Source of the DNA: Verrucomicrobia bacterium ADurb.Bin018
Lineage (GTDB): Bacteria > Verrucomicrobiota > Kiritimatiellia > CAIQIC01 > Lenti-01
Assembly: GCA_002071335.1 (NCBI GenBank)
Contig: MWEZ01000002.1
Location: 1-57,050 of the forward strand
DNA: 57,050 nucleotides
Reading direction: 5' to 3'
Shown here: in pieces, positions 40,801 through 50,216 of the stretch
How the letters are laid out: every line of letters starts with the position of its first letter
Position numbering within the stretch: position 1 is the stretch's first letter
Made by a program: the position numbers and the translations under genes
Notes under the pieces: model-generated
The model's input: only the letters and a program-made list of their open reading frames with translations
Database searches by the model: none
Told to the model about the DNA's origin: nothing

Positions 40801-41556
40801 GGTGACGGGCTCGAATTTCTTGACGATCACGCGGGTGTCGTCCAGCACGTCGGCCAGGAACACGCGGTTGTCCAGTTGTTCGGCGCGCGGCTTGGCCACG
40901 TCCAGCTTTTCGATCTTGTAGAACAGGCCCAGCAGCTCTTCATCGGTTCCGTAGCCGAGGGCGCGGAGGAACGTGGTTGCCAAAAACTTGCGGCGGCGTT
41001 TTTTGCGGTCGAGGTAGATGTTGAGCATGTCCGAGGTGTCGAACTGCACTTCCACCCACGAGCCACGGTCCGGAATCACGCGGAACGAATGCAGCAGCGT
41101 GCCGTTGGCGTGCAGGGTCTGCTCAAAGCAGATGCCCGGCGAACGGTGCAACTGGCTGACAATGACGCGCTCCGCCCCGTTGATGATGAACGTGCCCTGC
41201 TCGGTGATCAGCGGCACTTCGCCCATGAACACCGTTTCTTCGCGGACTTCCTGCTGATTGCGCAGGCGGAAGGTCACGTGCAGCGCCGCCGTGTGCGATT
41301 CGCCTTCCTTCAAGCTGGCAAACGCCGTCTGTTTGGGCGGCGTGATTTCATACTTCACGAAGTCGAGGCTGCAGTTCCCGTCGTAGCTTTCAATCGGGAA
41401 TACTTCCTTGAAAACCGCCTGCAAACCGACCAAGCGGCGCTTGGTGGGCGCCACATCCATCTGCAAGAATTCCAAATAGGAACGGGTCTGGATCTCGATG
41501 AGATCCGGCAACTCGACCACGTCCGTCAACTTGCCAAAATTAATTCTGTCAACCAT
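37816..41556 (-). CDS. rpoB: DNA-directed RNA polymerase subunit beta
   Basis: 1246 aa of unambiguous RpoB sequence. Confidence 0.98.
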   Translation of the reverse strand: MVDRINFGKLTDVVELPDLIEIQTRSYLEFLQMDVAPTKRRLVGLQAVFKEVFPIESYDGNCSLDFVKYEITPPKQTAFASLKEGESHTAALHVTFRLRNQQEVREETVFMGEVPLITEQGTFIINGAERVIVSQLHRSPGICFEQTLHANGTLLHSFRVIPDRGSWVEVQFDTSDMLNIYLDRKKRRRKFLATTFLRALGYGTDEELLGLFYKIEKLDVAKPRAEQLDNRVFLADVLDDTRVIVKKFEPVTRDMLNEVKSAGIATVDVVDVTWDEGLLLKSMRKDQTASTDDALKDIYTKLRPGDPATTSNARQLLKRIFFDPRRYDLGRVGRYKIQQKLGLDAKNESRVLEKEDFVAAIKYLINLRRGEGTIDDIDHLGSRRIRTVGELVENQCRVGLTRTERVVRERMTVFDQQAEKLTPQKLINPKALAAVIRDFFGRSQLSQFMDQTNPLAELTHKRRLSALGPGGLSRERAGFEVRDVHSSHYGRICPIETPEGPNIGLISSLSMFARVNEFGFIETPYRRVVNGKVTDTVDYLTADQEEHYVIAQANAPLNSDGTFARETVAGRYRGEFLEVDAKRCNYMDVSPKQVVSVAAGLIPFLEHDDANRALMGANMQRQAVPLLQTETPYVATGIEGRVARDSRVMVIAQESGKVAYVAANRIVVSKDGSVPTKKTPKDEYQTYELRKFTRSNAGTCINQRPLVSKGQRVKKGDVLADGPLTDGGELALGRNVLAAFMPWCGSNFEDAILINERLVAEDVFTSVHIEEFECGARDTKLGPEEITRDIPNVGEEALKNLGSDGVVRIGAEVKPGDILVGKITPKSETELAPEEKLLRAIFGEKAADVRDTSLTVPSGTYGIVMDVKTTSRDLPQQTKMSKAERNKQQKQMQEDFDKREAEITENLTDALSNILLGEKIPLEVLNGETGEIIIPANRKITKTLLRKLAAAYDVIAIDPSPIQQKINNIISEYSAKFAQVKDDRDNMSLRLESGEDTETGIIKQVKVFIASKKKLSVGDKMSGRHGNKGVVAQILPEEDMPFMPDGTPVDIVLNPLGVPSRMNVGQVLETHLGIACRVLGLHAATPVFDGCPEAQIWEMMKKANLPDDGKSLLYDGRTGEPFDQRVVVGVIYMLKLHHLVSDKIHARAVGPYSLVTQQPLGGKAQYGGQRFGEMEVWAMEAYGAAYALQELLTVKSDDVAGRTRIYESIVKGTNSLEAGVPESFNVLMKEIQSLALDIRVQRRDNS

Positions 41557-41590
41557 CCGTGTCGCCTTTCATGCCAGGGGAAAAATCGCG

Positions 41591-41639
41591 CAAACCAAAA
41601 GACAGGCACACCCCGGATGCGCTTTTCAGCGTCCCGGGG
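41591..41639 (-). terminator. possible rplL-rpoB attenuator hairpin
   Basis: On the minus strand, CCCCGGGACGCTGAAAAGCGCATCCGGGG is followed after 9 nt by TCTTTTGGTTT. An attenuator at this position is known from E. coli. The U-tract here is weak. Confidence 0.3.
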
Positions 41640-41664
41640 CGGCTGTCCCACTACCTTGGAGGGG

Positions 41665-42066
41665 CTACTTGATGGTGATTTTGGCACCGGCAGCTTCAAG
41701 CTGCTTTTTGATCTTTTCGGCTTCGTCCTTGGCAACGTTTTCCTTGACCGCCTTCGGGGCGCCTTCCACCAGATCCTTGGCTTCCTTCAGGCCCAGACCC
41801 GTGATCGCGCGGACTTCCTTGATGACGGCAATCTTCTGCGCGCCGGCATCGGTCAGTTCCACGGTGAACTCGGTCTTTTCTTCCGCCGCCGCCGCGCCAG
41901 CGCCGCCCGCGGCCGGAGCCGCGGCCACCGCCACCGGAGCCGCCGCCGAAACGCCCAAGCGGGATTCCAGCGCCTTCACCAACTGCGAAAGTTCCAAGAC
42001 CGAAATGGTCTCGATCCAGTCCACAAATTCAGCCATTTTTCCTTCGAGTTTTACTTCTTCGTTCAT
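41665..42066 (-). CDS. rplL: 50S ribosomal protein L7/L12
   Basis: 133 aa with an Ala-rich hinge and the conserved C-terminal domain ([23 protein letters not shown]). Confidence 0.97.
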   Translation of the reverse strand: MNEEVKLEGKMAEFVDWIETISVLELSQLVKALESRLGVSAAAPVAVAAAPAAGGAGAAAAEEKTEFTVELTDAGAQKIAVIKEVRAITGLGLKEAKDLVEGAPKAVKENVAKDEAEKIKKQLEAAGAKITIK

Positions 42067-42123
42067 TGGGATGTCTCCTGATCCTTGTTTTTTAAATCGT
42101 GATTACGGGCGCTCACCCTGTGC

Positions 42124-42642
42124 TTAGGCGGCGCTCTTCTTGTCGGCGGCGGCCTTCAGCACATAGACCAAGCTCGCCAGTTTTTGGCTCATCACACCAA
42201 CCAAATTGCTCATCGGGGCCGCAATCGTGCCCACCAAGATGCCCTGCATGACCTTCTTGGACGGCAGGGAAGCCAGCGTTTCGACATCGGCGGCTTGCAG
42301 TACCGCGCCATCCATGTGGCCCAGTTTCACCACGGGCACCTTCTCGGCCTTGATGAAGTCGCGCAGCGCCTTGGCGGCCGCGGCCACGTCGCCATCGCCG
42401 AACACAATGGCCGTCGGGCCCTTCAGCCCGGCCTCGATGCCCGTCAATTCCAGTTCCTGCGCCACCTTGCGGAACAAGCGGTTGGGCACCACCTGATAAC
42501 GCGCTTCCACCTCGCGCAGCTTGCGGCGCAAGGCCATCGTCTTGGTGGTATCCATCCGGGTGAAATCGGTCAGGATGGCAAACTTGGCGGCCCCCAGTTG
42601 CTCCTTGATTTCCCGGGCAATCGCAATCTTTTCAGCTCTCAT
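42124..42642 (-). CDS. rplJ: 50S ribosomal protein L10
   Basis: 172 aa. Position and sequence are typical of L10. Confidence 0.93.
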   Translation of the reverse strand: MRAEKIAIAREIKEQLGAAKFAILTDFTRMDTTKTMALRRKLREVEARYQVVPNRLFRKVAQELELTGIEAGLKGPTAIVFGDGDVAAAAKALRDFIKAEKVPVVKLGHMDGAVLQAADVETLASLPSKKVMQGILVGTIAAPMSNLVGVMSQKLASLVYVLKAAADKKSAA

Positions 42643-42667
42643 GGTCGGCTCTCCGTACGAGAAAGGG

Positions 42668-43360
42668 TTAGGCGGTTTCGCGCGGGTCCAGGCGCAGGCC
42701 GGGGCCCATGGTGGAGGTAATCGTGGCGCGCTTGATAAAAATGCCCTTGGCGGCCGCCGGGCGGGCGGCGTTCAGCCCGTCAATCACGGCCTTGCAGTTG
42801 CCCACCAGCGCCGGCAGGTCAAACGACATCTTGCCAAACGGCACCATCACGTTGCCGTGGCGGTCCATGCGGAACTCCACGCGGCCGGCCTTGCAGGCCT
42901 TGACCGCCGCGGCGGTGTCATCGCTGACAGTGCCGGTTTTGGGGTTCGGCATCAGGCCGCGCGGCCCGAGCACTTTGCCCAGCTTACGGACTTCCTTCAT
43001 CGCGTCCGGCGTGGCCACGGCCACATCGAAATCGGTAAAGCCGCCGGTGACCTTGGCAATCATGTCTTCAAAACCGACATATTCCGCGCCCGCTTCCCGG
43101 GCAGCTTCCGCCGCCGGGCCGCTGGCGAACACCAGCACGCGCACGGTCTTGCCCGTGCCGAAGGGCAGCGTCACGGTGCTGCGCACAGCCTGGTCGCTCT
43201 TGGTCGGGTCCACGCCCAGCCGGAAGGCGATCTCGGCCGTGGCATCAAACTTTGTGGTCGGATTGTCCTTGAGGAACTTCAGCGCGCCTTCAATCGTGTA
43301 GAGCGTCTCGCGGTCCACCTTGGCCGCCACTTTTTTATATTTCTTTCCGTGAAATGCCAT
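42668..43360 (-). CDS. rplA: 50S ribosomal protein L1
   Basis: 230 aa with the L1 pattern (VLGPRGLMPNPKTGTV). Confidence 0.96.
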   Translation of the reverse strand: MAFHGKKYKKVAAKVDRETLYTIEGALKFLKDNPTTKFDATAEIAFRLGVDPTKSDQAVRSTVTLPFGTGKTVRVLVFASGPAAEAAREAGAEYVGFEDMIAKVTGGFTDFDVAVATPDAMKEVRKLGKVLGPRGLMPNPKTGTVSDDTAAAVKACKAGRVEFRMDRHGNVMVPFGKMSFDLPALVGNCKAVIDGLNAARPAAAKGIFIKRATITSTMGPGLRLDPRETA

Positions 43361-43369
43361 GGCTGCACC

Positions 43370-43792
43370 TTACTCCACTTCAATTCCCATGCTGCGCGCG
43401 GTGCCGGCCACCATCCGGATGGCGTGGTCGTCGTCGTTCGCATTCAAATCCTTGGCCTTGAGCTTGGCAATCTCCACCAACTGCTTCTTGCTGACCTTGC
43501 CCACCTTGTCGCGGTTCGGCACGCCCGAGCCCTTGGCAATTCCGGCCGCCTTCTTCAGCAGCGCCGCTGCCGGCGGACTCTTGGTGATGAACGTAAAGCT
43601 CTTGTCCTGATAAACCGTGATGACCACCGGAATGACCATCCCGGCTTCCTTCTGGGTCGCGGCGTTGAATTCCTTGCAAAACGCCATGATGTTGACGCCC
43701 TGCTGGCCCAAAGCCGGCCCGACCGGGGGCGCCGGATTGGCCTGGCCCGCCGGAATCTGCAATTTGATGATGCCTGTAATTTTCTTTGCCAT
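43370..43792 (-). CDS. rplK: 50S ribosomal protein L11
   Basis: 140 aa with [27 protein letters not shown]. Confidence 0.97.
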   Translation of the reverse strand: MAKKITGIIKLQIPAGQANPAPPVGPALGQQGVNIMAFCKEFNAATQKEAGMVIPVVITVYQDKSFTFITKSPPAAALLKKAAGIAKGSGVPNRDKVGKVSKKQLVEIAKLKAKDLNANDDDHAIRMVAGTARSMGIEVE

Positions 43793-43805
43793 AAAACACC
43801 CGGGC

Positions 43806-44357
43806 CTATTCGCCTCTCTCCACCTGCCAATATTCCAATTCCACCGGCGCCGTGCGGCCGAAGATCGAAACCGAGACCTTCAACTTGCCGCGCTCCGGGT
43901 CCACTTCTTCCACGATGCCGCCAAAACTCAGGAAGGGGCCGTCCGTAATCCGGACCGTCTCACCCGGCTCAAACACCACCTTGGGCTTGACCCGTTCCTT
44001 CTTCTCTTCGATCTGCTGCAGGATGTTGGCCACTTCGTCCGGGCGCAAGGCCACCGGCCGCTTGCCGCCGATGAACCCAATCTGGCCCGGCGTGGCCTGG
44101 ATGAATGCCCACGGCTTTTCCAGCAACTGCTTGTTTTCGTCGTACATCGCAATTTCCACGAGCACATAGCCCGGGAAAAACTTCCGCACCTGCGTGGTGC
44201 GCTTGCCCTGCTTGACTTCGGAAACTTTTTCCGTGGGGATCAGCACCTCGCCCACATAGTCGCCCATCTCTTCCATCTGGACGCGCTTGAGCAGGTTTTC
44301 CCGCACCTTCGCCTCCTGTCCGGTCAGGACGTGCAACACATACCATTTTTTGTCCAT
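43806..44357 (-). CDS. nusG: transcription termination/antitermination factor NusG
   Basis: 183 aa with the [16 protein letters not shown] start and a KOW region. Confidence 0.95.
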   Translation of the reverse strand: MDKKWYVLHVLTGQEAKVRENLLKRVQMEEMGDYVGEVLIPTEKVSEVKQGKRTTQVRKFFPGYVLVEIAMYDENKQLLEKPWAFIQATPGQIGFIGGKRPVALRPDEVANILQQIEEKKERVKPKVVFEPGETVRITDGPFLSFGGIVEEVDPERGKLKVSVSIFGRTAPVELEYWQVERGE

Positions 44358-44376
44358 GGGCTGCTTGCTCCCCGGC

Positions 44377-44574
44377 TTAGACCAGCTTCATCAGTTCGCG
44401 CAGCAGCACGTCGCACAGCGCCACGAACAAGCCCAGCAGGCCCACGGAAACCACCACGACGATGGTCGAATCGAACAGCTCGGCGCGGTTCGGCCAGGCG
44501 CACTTTTTCAACTCGGCGCCGACCTCGTCGAAAAACACGCGGATGCCTCGGATGCTTCCTGCTATCTTGCTCAT
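44377..44574 (-). CDS. secE: preprotein translocase subunit SecE
   Basis: 65 aa, MSKIAGSIRGIRVFFDEVGAELKKCAWPNR plus one TM. The track start 44661 would overlap tRNA-Trp, so the start was moved to ATG 44574. Confidence 0.85.
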   Translation of the reverse strand: MSKIAGSIRGIRVFFDEVGAELKKCAWPNRAELFDSTIVVVVSVGLLGLFVALCDVLLRELMKLV

Positions 44575-44628
44575 TGTTTGCTCTGCCTTTTCGTTAGCGG
44601 CGACCCGCCTGCGGGCCTTTTGCGGACT

Positions 44629-44704
44629 TGGCAGGCCAGGAGGGACTTGAACCCCCAACAACCGGTTTTGGAGACCGGTGCTCTGCCAATTGAGCTACTG
44701 GCCT
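44629..44704 (-). tRNA. tRNA-Trp (anticodon CCA)
   Basis: The minus strand AGGCCAGTAGCTCAATTGGCAGAGCACCGGTCTCCAAAACCGGTTGTTGGGGGTTCAAGTCCCTCCTGGCCTGCCA folds as a cloverleaf. The anticodon loop is CTCCAAA and the 3' CCA is encoded. Confidence 0.93.
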
Positions 44705-44741
44705 GTCGGTGCGCCTGCCGTGAAACGAGTTCCGCCCTGCC

Positions 44742-44894
44742 CTACTTTGCCTCGCGGTGCACCGTGTGCTTCCGCTCCGCCGGACAATACTTCTTCAGTT
44801 CCAAGCGTTCAGTCTTGGTTTTCTTGTTCCGGCTGTTGACATAGTTGCGGCGCTTGCACTCGGTGCACGCCAGCGTGATCTGTTCTCTGGGCAT
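44742..44894 (-). CDS. rpmG: 50S ribosomal protein L33
   Basis: 50-aa ORF absent from the supplied track (too short): [55 protein letters not shown] lies upstream. Its position between tuf and tRNA-Trp is canonical. Confidence 0.9.
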   Translation of the reverse strand: MPREQITLACTECKRRNYVNSRNKKTKTERLELKKYCPAERKHTVHREAK

Positions 44895-44962
44895 GGCTCA
44901 AACTCCCGTTGCGGCTGGCGGGGCGCGCCGCACGCGCGGGCGCCCCAAGACGGCCGCGAACC

Positions 44963-46171
<1,209 letters not shown>

Positions 46172-46249
46172 GGAGTCGTCTCCTCTTTGTATCTTTTTTA
46201 AATCTTGCCGTCGCCGGCGCCCTTTTTATCCAACATTCTTCCTCTGTTC

Positions 46250-46325
46250 TGGAGCCTACGAGCGGGATTGAACCGCTGACCTCGTCCTTACCAAGGACGT
46301 GCTCTACCAACTGAGCTACGTAGGC
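46250..46325 (-). tRNA. tRNA-Thr (anticodon GGT)
   Basis: The minus strand GCCTACGTAGCTCAGTTGGTAGAGCACGTCCTTGGTAAGGACGAGGTCAGCGGTTCAATCCCGCTCGTAGGCTCCA folds as a cloverleaf with anticodon loop TTGGTAA. Track ORF 46158..46379 overlaps it and is spurious. Confidence 0.93.
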
Positions 46326-46485
46326 CCGCACGTCCGGCTCCACCCGTCGCAATATGCAGACGGGCACAGGACATAACACTCCTAGCCTTAGGTTTCCCGG
46401 AGAGGCTCGGAAAGCGCTAAATCCTGTGACTGACGCTATATTTCACACCTGGAACCGTTTACCGACGTTCCCAAATGTCGCGCGC

Positions 46486-46534
46486 ATCATACCGTCACGT
46501 TGCGGCCTGTCAACTTTTTTTCGAAAAAATTTTT
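46486..46534 (-). promoter_or_regulatory. strong sigma70-type promoter with A/T-rich UP-like element, upstream of tRNA-Thr-tuf
   Basis: The minus strand reads AAAAATTTTTTCGAAAAAAAG-TTGACA-16 nt-TATGAT. On the plus strand the -35 is at 46508-46513 and the -10 at 46486-46491. Confidence 0.6.
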
Positions 46535-46560
46535 CGGCCACCCACACCCTCTCCCCGGTT

Positions 46561-46895
46561 GGCCTATTTCACCAGAACCCGGAACACCCCCGGCCCCCGG
46601 TTGCTGATCCGGAAACTGGCCACCGTTTGCGAACCACCCAGATCAAACTGTTGTTTCTCGCCTTTGTTGAATAACCGTGCCACACGAATCTCGCGCTTGC
46701 CCCCGCCGCCACGTACCCAAAGCGTGTTGATGACCACCGCGCCCTCCCGGCACTCAATTTGAATCTCCCGCACATCCCGGCCCACGCCGATTTCGCTGGC
46801 CTCCGTCTTGGCGCTCGCCGTTATCTCCGCCACGGTGTGCCAGTCCGCCGCCATGGCGCTCGCCGCGCCACCAATCATCAACCACACCGCCAGCC
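46561..46895. repeat. 335-bp direct repeat, copy A (partner 48462-48796)
   Basis: By-eye alignment shows only 3 mismatches, at 46576, 46581 and 46869. The offset is 1901 bp. Confidence 0.9.
46564..46887 (-). CDS. small secreted-type protein, copy A (N-terminus degraded; possibly non-functional)
   Basis: The mature part is identical to copy B. Relative to copy B, the start region carries small indels totalling 8 nt, so the equivalent ATG (46915) is out of frame. Only a GTG-initiated, truncated signal sequence (MWLMIGGAASAMA) remains. Confidence 0.45.
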   Translation of the reverse strand: MWLMIGGAASAMAADWHTVAEITASAKTEASEIGVGRDVREIQIECREGAVVINTLWVRGGGGKREIRVARLFNKGEKQQFDLGGSQTVASFRISNRGPGVFRVLVK

Positions 46896-47000
46896 CAATT
46901 GCGCCTGACCACTCATAGTGTGGAAAACTTCACCGAAAGCCGCCGCGCCGGCCCGAGCGTGGTCACGCCAATTGATCGCGATAGTAGGCAATACGGATTA

Positions 47001-47029
47001 TTGACATATATGTTAAGTACAGGTATTGT
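47001..47029 (+). promoter_or_regulatory. candidate promoter of the AbiE cassette (TTGACA-17 nt-TATTGT), possibly giving a leaderless mRNA
   Basis: The -35 is at 47001-47006 and the -10 at 47024-47029. The abiEii ATG begins at 47036, 7 nt after the -10. Confidence 0.45.
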
Positions 47030-47035
47030 ATCTAT

Positions 47036-47791
47036 ATGAATAGGCACTCTCCACAAGCCACGGTGGAACTCTTCCATCTGATTCTTCTCGATTTGCTTGG
47101 CCGGAAAACCGACCGCAAGCTCTACGCCCTCAAAGGAGGCTGCAACTTGCGGTTTTTTCTGAAAAGTATCCGCTATTCGGAAGACATGGATATTGATGTC
47201 GGGCCCGGCCTCTCCAAAGACAAGCTGGCCGATCTTATGGAAAGCATTCTTGTTTCCAAAACGCTTGCGAATCTACTCACCGTGCGCCGACTCCGCATCG
47301 TTGAACGCTCAGCGCCCAAGCAGACCGATACCACCCAGCGTTGGAAATTCGGTCTCGAATTTGACGGGTCAGCCGTCTTGCTGCGCACGAAAATCGAATT
47401 TTCCCGTCGCGGGATGGATACCGAAACCGCTTTTGGTCCCGTTGATCCTCTACTCATTGGCACCTACGAACTCACACCGATTCTAGCCAACCACTACACG
47501 CCCCAAGCCGCGTTGCACCAGAAAATCCGCGCCTTGGCCACGCGTCGCGATGTGCAAGCCCGGGATATATTCGATGTGGACCTCCTGCTGAACTCCGGCA
47601 TCGTGCCTAAATCGGCCGACATCGCCTTGCGGCATAAGGCCCGCGACAACGCTATTTCTGTCGGGTTTGACACGTTCAAAGCCCAAGTCCTGTCGTTCTT
47701 GGCTCCCGACCATCAGAATCAATACGACTCGCCGGATGTCTGGGATGAACTTGTGCTGCGGGTGGTCGCGGCCTTGGAGCAACCGTCGTGA
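47036..47791 (+). CDS. nucleotidyltransferase AbiEii/AbiGii-family toxin (DUF1814)
   Basis: 251 aa with LKGGCNLRFFLKSIRYSEDMDIDV matching the family NTase motif (LKGG...R.SeDlD). Confidence 0.8.
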   Translation: MNRHSPQATVELFHLILLDLLGRKTDRKLYALKGGCNLRFFLKSIRYSEDMDIDVGPGLSKDKLADLMESILVSKTLANLLTVRRLRIVERSAPKQTDTTQRWKFGLEFDGSAVLLRTKIEFSRRGMDTETAFGPVDPLLIGTYELTPILANHYTPQAALHQKIRALATRRDVQARDIFDVDLLLNSGIVPKSADIALRHKARDNAISVGFDTFKAQVLSFLAPDHQNQYDSPDVWDELVLRVVAALEQPS

Positions 47792-48411
47792 CATTGGCTG
47801 GGGCATTGGAACGGCTGCACGCATTCGGCCTGCCGGTTTTGCGCACGGCGGATGTCACGGCGCATCTGGACGTCAACCCGGCCAATGCGTCCCAAATCAT
47901 GCTCCGGCTGGCCCGGCATGGCTACGTGCAGCGCATCAAGCGCGGCCTGTGGTCCTTGGCCGACACGGAGCCCATGGCCATCGTTTCACACCTGACCGCG
48001 CCGTTTCCCGCCTACATTTCCTTGCAGTCGGCGCTCTATCACCACGGAATGATCTCCCAGATCCCGGATGTCGTGTATTGCGTGTCCCTCGCGCGCACTC
48101 GGGTCTATCACACCCCCTTGGCGACAGTCTCCGTGCACCATGTCCCTGACACTTTGTATTTCGGATATGAACGGCTCGGCAACGGCGCCTTCGGCATGGC
48201 AACGCCTGAAAAAGCCCTGGTGGATTTTTGTTATCTGGGCCCCACGAAATCCCGCCTGTTTGCAGCCTTGCCGGAGTTGGAAGTTCCACACGATTTCAGC
48301 CACAAACGTCTGCAATGGATGATGGCCCGTATCTCGGATCCCAAACGCCGCGCGCATGTCCAATTACGAATCAATCGGCTTCTACAGGGCAAGGTCCGTT
48401 CTGTAACCTGA
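47788..48411 (+). CDS. AbiEi-family antitoxin-like transcriptional regulator
   Basis: 207 aa with an N-terminal winged-helix segment (VLRTADVTAHLDVNPANASQIMLRLARHGYVQRIKRGLWSL). Has a GTGA overlap with the upstream toxin stop. Confidence 0.7.
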   Translation: MTLAGALERLHAFGLPVLRTADVTAHLDVNPANASQIMLRLARHGYVQRIKRGLWSLADTEPMAIVSHLTAPFPAYISLQSALYHHGMISQIPDVVYCVSLARTRVYHTPLATVSVHHVPDTLYFGYERLGNGAFGMATPEKALVDFCYLGPTKSRLFAALPELEVPHDFSHKRLQWMMARISDPKRRAHVQLRINRLLQGKVRSVT

Positions 48412-48461
48412 ATAATGCCCGCGACAAGTCTGCCCCTCCGACTCGGACGAACCTTTGTTTG

Positions 48462-48796
48462 GGCCTATTTCACCAGGACCCTGAACACCCCCGGCCCCCG
48501 GTTGCTGATCCGGAAACTGGCCACCGTTTGCGAACCACCCAGATCAAACTGTTGTTTCTCGCCTTTGTTGAATAACCGTGCCACACGAATCTCGCGCTTG
48601 CCCCCGCCGCCACGTACCCAAAGCGTGTTGATGACCACCGCGCCCTCCCGGCACTCAATTTGAATCTCCCGCACATCCCGGCCCACGCCGATTTCGCTGG
48701 CCTCCGTCTTGGCGCTCGCCGTTATCTCCGCCACGGTGTGCCAGTCCGCCGCCATGGCGCTCGCCGCGCAACCAATCATCAACCACACCGCCAGCC
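48462..48796. repeat. 335-bp direct repeat, copy B
   Basis: See copy A (46561-46895). Confidence 0.9.
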
Positions 48797-48809
48797 ATTG
48801 TGCCTTCAT
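48465..48809 (-). CDS. small secreted protein, copy B (intact signal peptide)
   Basis: The start was set at ATG 48809, giving MKAQWLAVWLMIGCAASAMA followed by ADWHTVAEITASAK... No family recognised with confidence. Confidence 0.65.
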   Translation of the reverse strand: MKAQWLAVWLMIGCAASAMAADWHTVAEITASAKTEASEIGVGRDVREIQIECREGAVVINTLWVRGGGGKREIRVARLFNKGEKQQFDLGGSQTVASFRISNRGPGVFRVLVK

Positions 48810-48930
48810 GTTGCTCCCTGTGCTCATCGCTCGCTCAATCACATTCGCGCGCAACATATCACAACCCCGCACTGCTCGCCACCGGTGTTTTCGCTTCCCC
48901 CGCGCGCGCGTTTGTTTCTATAACACCCGC

Positions 48931-50013
48931 ATGAAGCCTTCCAAATCCAAAACCGCCAAGACCAAACCTTTCCCCGTCCGCCGGCTCTATGCCGTGCTGT
49001 TGCTGCTGCTGGCCGGCCTCGTCTGGCTGCTCGTTCAGCCCCAGCCCGGGCTGCGCATCGCCCGCCTCAAGCCGGTCATTGCTCCCGAAGAACCGCTCCC
49101 CCACGCCCCGCCCGCCCAATTGCGCCTGGCCACCTATAATCTGGAAAACTTTACCGATGGCCGCAACGACGGCCCTGAGCGAACTCCCGCCGTCTTCGTC
49201 ACCCACGCGCGCGATGCTGCTGCCGTCATTGCCGAGGCCAATCCCGACATCCTGCTGTTGCAGGAGATCGAAAACCGACGCACGCTGGAATTTCTCAACA
49301 GCCAACTCCCCGAACCCTACCCCTATGTTTATATCACCAAGCTGCGCCAGAGTGCCGGCGCCCGCGAAAAACTCAACCTCGCCCTCATGACCCGCCTGCG
49401 CCCGCGCTACACCCGGCAGCTTGAGTTTTATTATCTGGCCGGCAAGGGCCGCCCCGCGCGCGGCGTCCTCGCCGCCACCTTCGATCTGGGCGATGGCTCC
49501 TATCTGGCCGTGTATGGTATCCACCTGAAATCCAACTATGGCGAAGCGCCCCGCAATCAGGCCCAGCGCGGCATCGCCCTGTGCCACATCGCCGCCGATG
49601 CCATCGCCGAAACTTTCCGCCACGATCCGGCGCCGCTCTCCGTGGTGATTCTTGGCGACACCAACGTGGACCCCGAAGAACCGCAATTCGCCAACGACCC
49701 CTCACTCGAGCCGCTCGCCGGTTCGTTCGTGGACCTCTGGCGCGGGCGCCCCCTCGCCGAGCGCATCACCATCCCTACCCGGCAGCCCGGCCCCGATGGT
49801 GATCCCACCATGGTCTTTCCACCTGCCGCGTTTGACCGCGTGTTTGTTTCCAAGAACCTGACCAGCCACGGCCCGTGGCAAGCCCTCTCGCCGCAAGCCA
49901 TTCAAAAAGGCACCGACACCACCAACAACCTCACCCTCCCCGGCCACAACGGCCACATCTCCGACCACTTCCTCGTCTATACCGATTTGCGCAGCCAAGC
50001 CGTCGCCGAATAA
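48931..50013 (+). CDS. endonuclease/exonuclease/phosphatase (EEP) family protein with N-terminal membrane anchor
   Basis: LRLATYNLENF, ILLLQEIEN and the C-terminal SDHFLVYTDL are EEP signatures. The start was set at ATG 48931, in frame with track ORF 48709. Confidence 0.8.
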   Translation: MKPSKSKTAKTKPFPVRRLYAVLLLLLAGLVWLLVQPQPGLRIARLKPVIAPEEPLPHAPPAQLRLATYNLENFTDGRNDGPERTPAVFVTHARDAAAVIAEANPDILLLQEIENRRTLEFLNSQLPEPYPYVYITKLRQSAGAREKLNLALMTRLRPRYTRQLEFYYLAGKGRPARGVLAATFDLGDGSYLAVYGIHLKSNYGEAPRNQAQRGIALCHIAADAIAETFRHDPAPLSVVILGDTNVDPEEPQFANDPSLEPLAGSFVDLWRGRPLAERITIPTRQPGPDGDPTMVFPPAAFDRVFVSKNLTSHGPWQALSPQAIQKGTDTTNNLTLPGHNGHISDHFLVYTDLRSQAVAE

Positions 50014-50097
50014 CCACCCGCGCCGCCACTGCTGCAAAATGCGCGCGCAAGTTGACAGGCGGCGGCGCTCCCGTTATCTTTCCCCTTTGACATGAAT

Positions 50098-50172
50098 GGC
50101 GCGGTAGCCAAGTGGTAAGGCGAGGGTCTGCAAAATCCTTATACATCGGTTCGATCCCGATCCGCGCCTCCA
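50098..50172 (+). tRNA. tRNA-Cys (anticodon GCA)
   Basis: GGCGCGGTAGCCAAGTGGTAAGGCGAGGGTCTGCAAAATCCTTATACATCGGTTCGATCCCGATCCGCGCCTCCA forms a cloverleaf. The anticodon loop is CTGCAAA and CCA is encoded. Confidence 0.92.
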
Positions 50173-50190
50173 GTTTCCGTTCTGTCCATC

Positions 50191-50211
50191 AGCGCCGACA
50201 GGCGCTTTTTT
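50191..50211 (+). terminator. intrinsic terminator after tRNA-Cys
   Basis: AGCGCC-GACA-GGCGCT followed by TTTTT. Confidence 0.65.
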
Positions 50212-50216
50212 GGTAA

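Noticed and set aside
44575-44661. N-terminal extensions in the track for secE (to 44661), and likewise for dapA (7396), dapB (8604), folK (9437), panC (10638), lpxA (30302), thiM (55344), cytX (56564) and the AKR (21510)
   Set aside because: The extensions overlap a tRNA, a riboswitch or the upstream gene and encode Arg/Pro/Gly-rich junk. Conserved family N-termini and SD or overlap-coupled starts lie further downstream.
44895-44962. GC-rich hairpin GGGGCGC...GCGCCCC between tuf and rpmG as a terminator
   Set aside because: It has no U-tract, and rpmG, tRNA-Trp and secE follow in the same orientation. It is more likely a processing or stability structure, which is not supportable from sequence alone.
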